From: an uncultured Candidatus Rokubacteria bacterium | GTDB lineage: Bacteria; Methylomirabilota; Methylomirabilia; Rokubacteriales; DASRDR01 | DNA: 64,000 bases | Assembly: GCA_963805625.1 (NCBI GenBank) | Contig: CAWDVE010000021.1 | Coordinates: 32,001-96,000 of the forward strand | Reading direction: 5' to 3' | Notes under the pieces: model-generated | Told to the model about the DNA's origin: nothing | Databases searched by the model: none | What the model saw: the letters and a program-made list of their open reading frames with translations, nothing else | Translations under genes and position numbers: made by a program | Shown here: in pieces, positions 10,590 to 19,407 of the stretch | Position numbering within the stretch: the first letter of the stretch is position 1 | How the letters are laid out: each line of letters opens with the position of its first letter

Positions 10590-10856
10590 ATGCGGAACCG
10601 CTTCACGATGGCCGTTCTCGCCGTCCTCGTCCTGGTGGGCCTCGTCGCGACGCTCTCGATGGCCGCCGGACCCAAGCAGTATCAATGGACCGGGACCGTG
10701 ACGGAGGTCGACGCGAAGACGAAGACCCTGATCGTCGACAAAGGTGGGGATGTGTGGGAGTTCTCCACCGAAGGTATGAAGGACGTAAAGGTCAAGAAGG
10801 GCGACAAGGTCACGGTCTACTACGTGGCGATCGCGAAGAAGATCGAGGCGAAGTAG
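10590..10856 (+). CDS. Small secreted Lys-rich OB-fold-like protein (88 aa)
   Basis: AAAGGAG RBS; signal peptide; WTGTVTEVDAK...KVKKGDKVTVYY. Confidence 0.8.
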   Translation: MRNRFTMAVLAVLVLVGLVATLSMAAGPKQYQWTGTVTEVDAKTKTLIVDKGGDVWEFSTEGMKDVKVKKGDKVTVYYVAIAKKIEAK

Positions 10857-10994
10857 CCAGTCGGTAGGCGGGCGGCGGCCCCCCTACGCCTGACGCCCCT
10901 CGACGGCTCCGAGCGCCGCGAGTGGCTGGATCGCGCCCGCACGCCCCCTCGTTGAGGCCGACCGCGCGCGCCAGCGCCGCGGCGGTCCGTGGCG

Positions 10995-12386
10995 CTACCC
11001 GCTCGTCAGGAACGCGCACGCGACCGCTCCCTGGCGGGCGACATTGACGACGGGCTCCCGGCTCACGCGGCAGTGGAGCCCGAGGTCCCCGGGCGCGTAG
11101 AAGAGACCCAGCGAGAAGTAGCAGGGCCCGCCGTAGGCGCGCCCCGCGCGGAGGTAGCACATGGTCCGGCGCGTGCCGGGCCGGCGGGCCTGGACGACCC
11201 ATCGCCCCGGCTCCCGCAGGGCGCGGGCGATCCGAGCCTCCCATCGCACAGGGCCCCCTTCCCGGCCGAGTAGCACGCCCGCTCCGCTCGATCCGACGTT
11301 CGGCTTGATCAGCAGGCGCTCCCGCTCGCGGCGGGCGAACTCCGGCAGGTCGACTCGCCGCCCGGCGATGTCCTCCGTCAGCCTGGCCCCGAGCACGCGG
11401 GTCCACGGCACCGCCCGGCGCAGGAGCCGGCGCTCGGCGGGCGTGAAGAGGGGCGCCAACTCGGGCCGCCCCATGCACTCGAGGAGCCCCTTCTGGCTGA
11501 ACTCTCCCGCCACGCCCGGCAGGGCCGCGCCGGCGTCGAAGCAGTCGAGGAAGCCACCGAGCGCCCGCCCCGCCGGGGTCCCGATGTCCTCGAGGCCGAG
11601 ATCGCGGTAGACAACATCGACGGCCACGTCGCGGAGGCGCACGCCGGCCCGGGCCCGGCGGAGCTCCGCCGCCGTACCCTGCTCGGCAGGGATGCCGGCC
11701 GCGCGGAACGCCGCGACGAGGCGCGGGACCTCGCTGTAGCCGTCGATGGGCAGGGCGTCCTCCACGAACGCGACCCCGCGCAGGCGCCGCCGGCCGAGGC
11801 TCCGCGCGGCCGCCTGTACCCAGCGCACCACGAGGGCCAGGAGATCAGGAGGATCGGCGAGGGCGCGCGCCTCCCGGGCGGTGTACACGCGGGAAAAGAC
11901 CTCGGCCCGCAGGATCCGGACGCCCGCCGCGTGATTGTAGAGCCCCGCGAGCCCCGTGGCGTTGGTTTCGAAGAGAACCGGCTCGAGCGCTCCATGCGGT
12001 CCCACCTCGAGGCCCACGTCGGGGCGGATCATGAGCTGCCAGGGCGCGAGAGCCCGCGCAGAGTCACGCGCCACCCAGGCCGCGGTCGCCTCGCTGACGG
12101 GGCATAACCCGCGGAAGCCGCCGACGTCGGCCCGCCAGAGGGCTGGCGCGTGGACCTGGACCCGGTGGACGAGGTCGGCGAGCCGCGCGAGCCCGGGCAA
12201 TGCCCGGCGGCGCACGAGGAACGGCGTGAGGGCGATCGGGTGCGGCACGGCCGGCGAGCCGGCGCGGTGGCGGTGGAAGAGCGCGGCCGTGGCCTCGGCC
12301 GCCTCCACCGCGCGGAACAGCTCGTGCCGCCGCCCAGGGGCGAGCCGCGTGATCCGCGTCGTGGCGAGCTGGTCGAGCGCCCTCAC
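10995..12386 (-). CDS. Circularly permuted ATP-grasp / glutathionylspermidine synthase-like ligase
   Basis: [43 protein letters not shown]. Confidence 0.75.
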   Translation of the reverse strand: MRALDQLATTRITRLAPGRRHELFRAVEAAEATAALFHRHRAGSPAVPHPIALTPFLVRRRALPGLARLADLVHRVQVHAPALWRADVGGFRGLCPVSEATAAWVARDSARALAPWQLMIRPDVGLEVGPHGALEPVLFETNATGLAGLYNHAAGVRILRAEVFSRVYTAREARALADPPDLLALVVRWVQAAARSLGRRRLRGVAFVEDALPIDGYSEVPRLVAAFRAAGIPAEQGTAAELRRARAGVRLRDVAVDVVYRDLGLEDIGTPAGRALGGFLDCFDAGAALPGVAGEFSQKGLLECMGRPELAPLFTPAERRLLRRAVPWTRVLGARLTEDIAGRRVDLPEFARRERERLLIKPNVGSSGAGVLLGREGGPVRWEARIARALREPGRWVVQARRPGTRRTMCYLRAGRAYGGPCYFSLGLFYAPGDLGLHCRVSREPVVNVARQGAVACAFLTSG

Positions 12387-12406
12387 GGCTCGCGTATTAT
12401 AGACTC
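12387..12406. promoter_or_regulatory. Bidirectional promoter with overlapping -10 elements
   Basis: 20-bp gap between divergent GTG starts; TATTAT (+, 12395-12400) overlaps TATAAT (-, 12401-12396). Confidence 0.6.
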
Positions 12407-13645
12407 GTGCCCAAGCAGGGAGCCCTGACGTCAGTGGGACACGAGCAGGCCCTGGCCGACGCCCTCGCGCGATTGCACGCCGAGGGACGCTATCGCGTCT
12501 TCGCCGACCTCGAGCGCCACTGCGGGCGCTTCCCCTGCGCCACCTGGCACGGTCCCGAGGGCCCGGTCGAGGTCACGGTGTGGTGCTCGAACGACTACCT
12601 CGGCATGGGCCAGCACCCCCTTGTGCTGAAGGCCATGGCCGAGGCGCTCGAGCGCGTCGGCGCCGGGGCCGGCGGAACCCGGAACATCGCCGGGACCTCG
12701 CACGCCCACGTCCTCCTCGAGCAGGAGCTGGCCGACCTTCACCACAAGCCGGCGGCGCTGCTCTTCACGTCGGGCTATGCCGCGAATGAGGCCGCGATCA
12801 GCACGCTGGCCCAGCTCCTCCCCGGCTGCGTGATCTTGTCCGACGAGAAGAACCACGCGTCGATGATCGAGGGCATCCGCCGGAGCGGCGCCGAGAAGCG
12901 GATCTTCCGCCACAACGACCCGGCCGACCTCGAGCGGCATCTCGGCGCGGTCGAGGCTGGCCGGCCGGCGCTCGTCTGCTTCGAGTCGGTCTACTCGATG
13001 GACGGGGACATCGCACCGATCCGGGAGCTCTGCGACGTCGCGGCGCGCCACGGCGCCCTCACCTATCTCGACGAGGTCCACGCGGTGGGACTCTACGGCG
13101 CCCGGGGTGCCGGCGTCGCCGAGCGGGACGGTGTGCTCGACCGGCTCACCGTGATCCAGGGGACGCTGGCCAAGGCCTTCGGCGTGGTCGGCGGGTACAT
13201 CGCCGGCTCGGCCGTCGTCGTGGACGCCGTCCGGAGCTACGCGCCGGGCTTCATCTTCACCACCGCGATGCCGCCCGTCGTGGCGGCCGGCGCTCTGGCG
13301 AGCGTACGGCACCTCAAGACGAGCCGGGCCGAGCGCGAGCGGCACCAGGAGCGGACCGCGCGGCTCAAGCACCTCCTCGGAGTCGCCGGACTGCCGGTCA
13401 TGCCGACGTCGAGCCACATCGTGCCAGTGTTCATCGGGGACGCGGCCCTGTGCAAGCAGGCGTCCGACGACCTCCTCAGCCGCCACCGGATCTACGTCCA
13501 GCCGATCAACTATCCGACCGTGCCCCGCGGCACCGAGCGGCTCCGGCTCACCCCGAGCCCGCTCCACGACGACGCCACGATGGACCGCCTCGTCGCCGCC
13601 TTCGGGGAAGTCTGGGAGCGCCTACGGCTTCCGCGCGCGGTCTGA
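12407..13645 (+). CDS. hemA: 5-aminolevulinate synthase (Shemin/C4 pathway, PLP-dependent)
   Basis: [79 protein letters not shown]. Confidence 0.93.
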   Translation: MPKQGALTSVGHEQALADALARLHAEGRYRVFADLERHCGRFPCATWHGPEGPVEVTVWCSNDYLGMGQHPLVLKAMAEALERVGAGAGGTRNIAGTSHAHVLLEQELADLHHKPAALLFTSGYAANEAAISTLAQLLPGCVILSDEKNHASMIEGIRRSGAEKRIFRHNDPADLERHLGAVEAGRPALVCFESVYSMDGDIAPIRELCDVAARHGALTYLDEVHAVGLYGARGAGVAERDGVLDRLTVIQGTLAKAFGVVGGYIAGSAVVVDAVRSYAPGFIFTTAMPPVVAAGALASVRHLKTSRAERERHQERTARLKHLLGVAGLPVMPTSSHIVPVFIGDAALCKQASDDLLSRHRIYVQPINYPTVPRGTERLRLTPSPLHDDATMDRLVAAFGEVWERLRLPRAV

Positions 13646-13774
13646 CAGCCGCGCCGCTTCGAGGTCCGAAGGCCCCGACGGGCTCAGGCGTTTCCGAGGA
13701 GCGCGCGGAGCCGAGCGTATTGCGCCGCGGGTTGCTCCCCGGACCCCGCGCGGCGTACGATCGCGCTGAGTGAG

Positions 13775-14503
13775 ATGGCCGTCGACCCGTTCTTCAACGA
13801 CCGCGCGACCATCGGGGTCTTCGAGCGCGCCTTCTACGCGGGGCGCGAGGCCGCCGAGGAGGTCGAGGCGATCCTCGAGTGGGCGCCCCGCCCGCACCGC
13901 GTCCTCGACGTCGGGTGCAATGCCGGCCTCCACGCGCTCGAGTGGGCCCGGCGCGGCGTCCAGGTCGTCGGGATCGATTCGGCGCCGGTCGCCATCGCGC
14001 TCGCGCGCCAGCGGGCAGCCGGGAATCCCCGTCTCCGCTTCGAGATCGCCGATCTCGCCGACCCGGACCTCGGGCGACTGGGCACGTTCGACCTCGTGAC
14101 CGTCCTGGGCGGCGTCTTCAACTGCGTCCCGCGGTCCGTGCTCGTGCCCGCCTTCCGCGCGATCCGATCGGTGCTCGAGCCGGGTGGGGATCTCGTCTTC
14201 GACGTCCTGCGCTGGCGAGACACACCGCGAACGGTCTTCCTCCGCCGGGACGGACAGGGCGCGCTGCGGATCGTGTGGGAGTTCTCCCTGGACCCGGTCG
14301 AGGGGCGCGGGCACGTCGTGGGCCAGTTCCTCGAGACCGGTGCGATCCAGGACTCGGAGCGCAACTTCTACACCGCACCCGAGGTCACGACCCTCCTGGA
14401 GCTCGCCGGGCTCGAGCGCCGGGCCGTGGCGGGGGACCTCGCCCTCGCCGTCCCCGCCGAGGAGGCGGAGCCGAGCTTCTTCTTCCGCGCCCGACCCCGC
14501 TAG
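13775..14503 (+). CDS. Class I SAM-dependent methyltransferase
   Basis: VLDVGCNAG motif I, VVGIDSA, LEPGG. Confidence 0.88.
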   Translation: MAVDPFFNDRATIGVFERAFYAGREAAEEVEAILEWAPRPHRVLDVGCNAGLHALEWARRGVQVVGIDSAPVAIALARQRAAGNPRLRFEIADLADPDLGRLGTFDLVTVLGGVFNCVPRSVLVPAFRAIRSVLEPGGDLVFDVLRWRDTPRTVFLRRDGQGALRIVWEFSLDPVEGRGHVVGQFLETGAIQDSERNFYTAPEVTTLLELAGLERRAVAGDLALAVPAEEAEPSFFFRARPR

Positions 14504-14529
14504 ACCCCGGCATCGGCGAGAATGGTACA

Positions 14530-14625
14530 CTCATCGCCGAGGCGATCGATCCCGTCGGGATGCCGCCGCTCGTGACTTCGAAAGTCTTCGCCGAGCGGGT
14601 GTTCGCGGCCGACAAGGTGGTATCC
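14530..14625 (+). pseudogene. Possible internally deleted DsrE-family relic
   Basis: LIAEAIDPVGMPPL joined to VFAERVFAADKVVS, resembling two non-adjacent DsrE segments; no start codon. Confidence 0.35.
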
Positions 14626-14729
14626 CGCCAGGCACGCTCCGGGGAGGCACGACGCGGCATGGCCAGCGAGCCGTTCGCTCCGAAAGACTTCCGGGGGTTC
14701 GGCGCGCTGCGGGACTGCTTCCGCCTCCC

Positions 14730-15338
14730 GTGACCCCCGAGGAGGCGTGGCAGCGGCTCGGAAACGGCACTCCCGCTGAGCGGCGGGCGACCCTCCTCGC
14801 CCTCGCCCAGGAGGCCGACGCGCGCGTCACGCCGGCCGTCGCCGCATTGCTCCACGCCGACGATCCGGAGCTCGTCGCGCTGGCCGAAGCCACGCTCTGG
14901 CAGATCTGGAGCCGATCCGGCAGCCCGGCGGTCGACGCGCTCCTCGCCGAGGGACTCAACGCTATGGAGAGGCAGGACTGGCTCGGCGCGGTCGCGGCGT
15001 TCAGCCGCGTCGTCGAAGCGGCCCCAGCCTTCGCGGAAGGCTGGAACAAGCGCGCCACCGCGCGCTTCCTGGCGACGCACTACGCGACGTCCATCGCCGA
15101 CTGCGAAGAGGTCGTGCGGCTGAACCCGCACCACTTCGGCGCCCTCTCGGGTCAGGGCCTCTGCCACGCGGCGCTGGGACAGCTCCGCAAGGCGGCCCGA
15201 TGCTTCCGACGCGCGCTCGAGGTGCATCCCCGTCTCGAGGCGGTCCGGCAGCACCTCGCTCGGACGGAAACCACGCTGGCGCGTGCCAACGGGCACGCGC
15301 TCGGTGCCGCGCCGGCCGATGCGCGAGGCACAGGGTGA
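14730..15338 (+). CDS. HEAT/TPR repeat protein
   Basis: LWQIWSRSG, FAEGWNKRAT, LNPHHFGALSGQG TPR motifs. Confidence 0.85.
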   Translation: MTPEEAWQRLGNGTPAERRATLLALAQEADARVTPAVAALLHADDPELVALAEATLWQIWSRSGSPAVDALLAEGLNAMERQDWLGAVAAFSRVVEAAPAFAEGWNKRATARFLATHYATSIADCEEVVRLNPHHFGALSGQGLCHAALGQLRKAARCFRRALEVHPRLEAVRQHLARTETTLARANGHALGAAPADARGTG

Positions 15339-15418
15339 CGGGGCCCGGGCGCCGGGCCGCCGTGTTCGACATGGACGGGGTCCTCGTCAACAACTCGCGG
15401 TTCCACGCTTCCCCCTGA
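15335..15418 (+). pseudogene. Truncated HAD-family phosphatase (motif I only)
   Basis: VTGPGRRAAVFDMDGVLVNNSRFHASP*; GTGA overlap with the upstream stop, ends after 27 codons. Confidence 0.65.
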
Positions 15419-15433
15419 ATCGAGGAGGCACCC

Positions 15434-16342
15434 GTGGCGACGAACTGGACGGTCTCTCCTGAAGGCATCGAGCCGCCGAAGTCCGTGGCGGCGCTCGCGG
15501 AGCAGGTCGGACGGGACGGGGGCCGCGTCCTGGCGGTCTACCAGGAGCCGCTCAAGGACGCCTGGCAGCTCTTCGTGACTCTGCCGCTCGCACGGGTCGA
15601 GCCCACACCCTACCAGCGCGACCTCTCGAAGCCCCACGTCAAACGACTCCAGGAGGTCATCAAGAAGCTCGGCCGGTTCGTCGACCCCATCGTCGTGGTG
15701 TCCCCCGGCCCCGGGAAGTACTGGACGCCGAACGGCAACCACCGGCGCGAGGCGCTCACGAAGCTCAAGGCCGAGTGGATACCCGCCATCCTCATCCCCG
15801 AGCCCGAGGTCGCCTATCAAATCCTCGCTCTCAACACCGAGAAGGCGCACAACGTCAAAGAGAAGTCGCTGGAGGTCATCCGCATGTACCGCGGGCTCGT
15901 CGAGGAGGGCTCGAAAGCGACCGAGGAGGACTTCGCCTTCCAGTTCGAGGCCCCGCACTTCATCACGCTCGGGCTCCTCTACGACGCGCGACCCCGCTTC
16001 GCCGGCGGCGCCTTCGCGCCGCTCCTCCGCCGCGTCGACAAGTTCCTGAAGGCGCCGCTGCCGAAGGCCTACACCGAGCGGGAGCGGCGCGCCGAGCTCG
16101 TCCGAGCCGCGGACGACGTGCTGGCGGACGTGGTCGCCAAGGTCAAGAAGCGCGGGTTGAATCACCCGTATGTGAAGAACTACGTCCTGGCCCGCACGAC
16201 CCCGCTCAGTCGGGCCCGGAAGACGCTCCCCTCGTTCGAGCAGACCTTCGAGCGCCTCCGGGAGAACCTCGAAGCCTTCGACCCGGCGAAGGTCCGCCTC
16301 GACGAGATTGCCCGCGCCGCCGTCTTCGCGGCACCGGCCTAG
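15434..16342 (+). CDS. ParB/Srx N-terminal domain protein
   Basis: EPTPYQRDLS, DPIVV, TPNGNHRREAL, LNTEKAHN; GAGGAGG RBS. Confidence 0.8.
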   Translation: MATNWTVSPEGIEPPKSVAALAEQVGRDGGRVLAVYQEPLKDAWQLFVTLPLARVEPTPYQRDLSKPHVKRLQEVIKKLGRFVDPIVVVSPGPGKYWTPNGNHRREALTKLKAEWIPAILIPEPEVAYQILALNTEKAHNVKEKSLEVIRMYRGLVEEGSKATEEDFAFQFEAPHFITLGLLYDARPRFAGGAFAPLLRRVDKFLKAPLPKAYTERERRAELVRAADDVLADVVAKVKKRGLNHPYVKNYVLARTTPLSRARKTLPSFEQTFERLRENLEAFDPAKVRLDEIARAAVFAAPA

Positions 16343-16391
16343 AGGGGCACTGGCGCGCGCTAGGCTCACCGGCCGTCTGCCAGCGCTGAGG

Positions 16392-17378
16392 CTATCCCCC
16401 GAGCGTGGGCGTTTCCGCGGGGCTGGCGGCGGACACGTCCACACGGTTAGGCGACCCGTCGGCCAGAAGCTCGGGACGGCAGACCGCCTTGAAGTTGCAC
16501 CACCGGCAGAGCCGGAGATCCTCGGTCCGCTCGAAGTCCTCGAGTGCCGCCACGTTCGCATCCGCGTCGCGCAGCCAGGCCTTCATGCCCCGGATCGAGA
16601 GACGCAAGCGCTCGCGAATCTCGTCGAGCCGCGCCACGTCCCACGGATGCACGGTGATCTCACCCGCGCGAAGGTTCACCTCGAGGAGATCCACGCGCTC
16701 CGGCGACACGTCCAGGATGTCCCGGGCATACAGCGCGTAGCCGCCGAGCTGGACCGCCGTCTCGTTAGGATTGGGGCTCCCGGTCTTCCAGTCGACCAGC
16801 GCCAGCCGGTCCTCCCGCGTCCAGTACCCGAAGTCGGGTGCCGCGTAGATGGGCGTGCCCTCGAACTCGAAGGCACGAATGTCCTCGATCAGGATCCAGC
16901 GCTCCCGCGGCGTGTCTCGGATGTCGGCGAGGAGCGGCAGCCGGTAGAAGTTACGGAGACACCGGCAGACGTGGTCACGGAGGACCTGCCAGACCTGGTC
17001 CTTCACCTCGACACCGTACTCGTGCTCGTAGAGGGCGACGGCCTCCTTCGGCCGCTCCCGATATCCCCCACGGTGGGAGAACCGCCACTCCTCGCGCATG
17101 CGTCGCACCGTGTCCTCGACCAGGCGCCCCTCGGACAGCTCCTCGCCCGCATGGAGCGCCCGGAGCACGAGCTCCACCGCCGAGTGGACCGTGCGCCCCG
17201 CCCAGCCCTGCCGGCCGGTCAGCTGCTTCAGAACGTAGAGGCGCCGGACGTCCGGCGGAGCGCTGCTCTCCCAGCCGCCCCAGGCGCCGTAGTAGTGGTA
17301 GTAGTAGCGGCGACGGCAGTCCTCGAACATCCCCGCGCGGGAACGCGACCAGGAGAAGAGGTTGGCGAGATCCGCCAT
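16392..17378 (-). CDS. PD-(D/E)XK nuclease family protein (RecB/AddB-like)
   Basis: FSWS..CRRRYYY, APD..LVDWKTG, QLGGYA, CRWCNFKAVC. Confidence 0.85.
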   Translation of the reverse strand: MADLANLFSWSRSRAGMFEDCRRRYYYHYYGAWGGWESSAPPDVRRLYVLKQLTGRQGWAGRTVHSAVELVLRALHAGEELSEGRLVEDTVRRMREEWRFSHRGGYRERPKEAVALYEHEYGVEVKDQVWQVLRDHVCRCLRNFYRLPLLADIRDTPRERWILIEDIRAFEFEGTPIYAAPDFGYWTREDRLALVDWKTGSPNPNETAVQLGGYALYARDILDVSPERVDLLEVNLRAGEITVHPWDVARLDEIRERLRLSIRGMKAWLRDADANVAALEDFERTEDLRLCRWCNFKAVCRPELLADGSPNRVDVSAASPAETPTLGG

Positions 17379-17557
17379 CGCCCAGAGCATAGCACCGGGC
17401 CACCCGGCTTGACCGGTCCGGGACCTTCTGGTACCAAGGCAGACGCCGGACCGTCCGGTGCCACGCCTCACGCGCGATCCCCGATCGAGGAGGCTCCGTG
17501 GAGACCCGCCAGGAACCCGCGGGACCGGCGTCTCGCGCGGCTCGGACCTGAGCCGCC

Positions 17558-18739
17558 GTGTCCGGTCCTCTCGAGCGCCTCCGCGTCGTCGACTGCTCGG
17601 CGATCATCGCGGGGCCCGTCGCGACGGCGTTCCTCGCGACCTACGGCGCCGACGTCGTCAAGCTGGAGCCGCTCGAGGGGGACGCGCTCCGGACGTACCC
17701 GTCGACGCTGCCCGGTCTCTCCCGCTACTTTCTCGGGATCAATCGCGGCAAGCGGAGCCTGGCCGTCGACCTGAAGCACCCGGACGGCCTCGCCATCGCG
17801 CGACGGCTCGCGCGCGCCGCGGACGTGTTCGTCGAGAGCTTCCGGCCCGGCGTCGCGGCCCGCCTCGGGCTCGACGAGCCGACGCTCCGTGCCGAGAATG
17901 CGCGGCTCATCTACTGCTCCGTGTCCGCGTTCGGCCAGACCGGACCTCTCGCCGAGCGGCCCGGCCTCGATCCGGTCGTGCAGTCATACGGCGGCCTCGC
18001 GTGGGAGCAGGGCGCGGCCGCCGAGGACGCGCCGGAGCTCGTGCGCGGGAGCCTCGTCGACTACTACACCGGGAGCCTGGCCGTCTCCGGCGTCCTGCTC
18101 GCCCTGATCGCCCGCGGCCAGACCGGCACGGGCCAGCGGATCGAGACCTCGCTCCTTGACGGCGTGCTGGCGATGCAGGCCGGTCGGACCTTCTGGGCCG
18201 AGGCCGTGGAGCCCCCGGAGGCGGTCCGGGATCTCCTCGGCGACCGCGTGTCGCGGATCTACCCGACGCGGGATGGCCACCTCTATCTGTACGTGGAGCT
18301 GCCGAAGTTCTGGACGGGGCTCTGCCGGACGCTCGGCCTCGAGACGTGGCTCGACGATCCGCGCCTTCGGACCATGGTCGGGCGCCACACGCACAAGGCG
18401 GAGCTGATCCGGGCCATCACCGAGCGCCTCGCCCCGCGCACGGCCGCGGAGTGGGAGGCGCGCTTCGCCGAGGCGGACGTGCCGTGCACGCGGGTCCGCT
18501 CCGTACCGGAGATGCTGGTGGACCCCCAGGCGCTCCAGAACGGCAGCCTGGCCACCGTCCAGCATCCGGTGCTCGGCCCGGTCCGGATGCTGGGGGTGCC
18601 GGTACGCCTGGCGGGCACGCCCGGTGCGCCCCCCGGCCCGCCCCCGGGGGTGGGCGAGCACACGGACGCGATCCTGGCGGAGGCTGGCGTGGCGGCGCCG
18701 GAGATCACGCGCCTCCGGCGGGCCGGCGTCGTACGATGA
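17558..18739 (+). CDS. CaiB/BaiF family III CoA-transferase
   Basis: IAGP..GADVVKLEP, NRGKRSLAVDLK, ESFRPGV, GEHTDAIL. Confidence 0.93.
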   Translation: MSGPLERLRVVDCSAIIAGPVATAFLATYGADVVKLEPLEGDALRTYPSTLPGLSRYFLGINRGKRSLAVDLKHPDGLAIARRLARAADVFVESFRPGVAARLGLDEPTLRAENARLIYCSVSAFGQTGPLAERPGLDPVVQSYGGLAWEQGAAAEDAPELVRGSLVDYYTGSLAVSGVLLALIARGQTGTGQRIETSLLDGVLAMQAGRTFWAEAVEPPEAVRDLLGDRVSRIYPTRDGHLYLYVELPKFWTGLCRTLGLETWLDDPRLRTMVGRHTHKAELIRAITERLAPRTAAEWEARFAEADVPCTRVRSVPEMLVDPQALQNGSLATVQHPVLGPVRMLGVPVRLAGTPGAPPGPPPGVGEHTDAILAEAGVAAPEITRLRRAGVVR

Positions 18740-18817
18740 CGCCACCCAGCCGGCGGAGCCGGGGCGGGGGGACACCCACCCGCTCCGGGCCGCTTGCCTC
18801 AGCGGGCCCGAAAGGGC

Positions 18818-18838
18818 GATCCTGGGTAGAACAGGATC
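18818..18838. promoter_or_regulatory. Perfect 7-7-7 inverted repeat, candidate operator
   Basis: GATCCTG-ggtagaa-CAGGATC about 30 nt upstream of the UGSC gene. Confidence 0.4.
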
Positions 18839-18867
18839 TCGATCACCATCCCTGACCGGAGGCCTTC

Positions 18868-19407
18868 ATGGGGACGATCCGCGTGCTCTCTCCCGTGGTC
18901 GACAGCAAGGTCAGCCAGACGGCGGCTCTGCCCTTGCCGGGCACGCTCGCCGGCAAGCGACTCGGGTTCCTCGACAACACCAAGGCGAACTTCGAGCTCC
19001 TCCTTCGCCGCATGGAGGCGCTCCTGCGGGCGCAGGCGGGGCTCACCGACGTCGTCTACGAGCGGAAGGCGAACTCGTCGACACCCGCCCCGCCCGAGGT
19101 CCTCGTACGGCTCCGCGAGGTCGACCTGGTCGTCACCGGCTCCGCCGACTGAGGGTCCTGCACGTCGTGGAGTCTCCACGACGCAGTGACCCTCCAGCGG
19201 GCCGGCACGCCCGCGGTGGTCGTGACGACGACCGCCTTCGAGACGCTCGCCCATCACGAAGCGCACACGCTCGGGATGGAGGCTCTGCCGCTCTTGGTGG
19301 TCGACCATCCGCTCGGCGGTGAGCCCGCGGAGCGGATCGAGATCCGGGCGGCGCACGCGGCGAGCCAGCTCCTGACGCGCCTCGGCGTACGGCCGCCCGC
19401 GGGGTGA
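18868..19407 (+). CDS. UGSC-type selenoprotein (Sec at TGA 19150-19152), 179 aa
   Basis: ORFs 18868..19152 and 19186..19407 are in the same frame; readthrough gives GSAD-U-GSCTSWSLHD; hairpin follows the UGA. Confidence 0.88.
19151..19194 (+). promoter_or_regulatory. Bacterial SECIS-like hairpin
   Basis: GAGGGTC/GACCCTC lower stem, CTG/CAG, CGTCGTGG-AGTCT-CCACGACG upper stem-loop. Confidence 0.75.

Noticed and set aside
12407-13645. Cyclising ALAS (C5N unit) call
   Set aside because: Has Thr (GGTRN) rather than the Ser of cyclising enzymes, and no acyl-CoA ligase or PKS nearby
15434-17378. ParB plus nuclease as a defence or partition system
   Set aside because: Genes are convergent, with no ParA, parS or defence-island context
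19150-19152. Genome-wide UGA reassignment to Trp or Gly
   Set aside because: Many genes here end normally at TGA; the two in-frame TGAs sit at catalytic Cys positions with hairpins, which fits Sec
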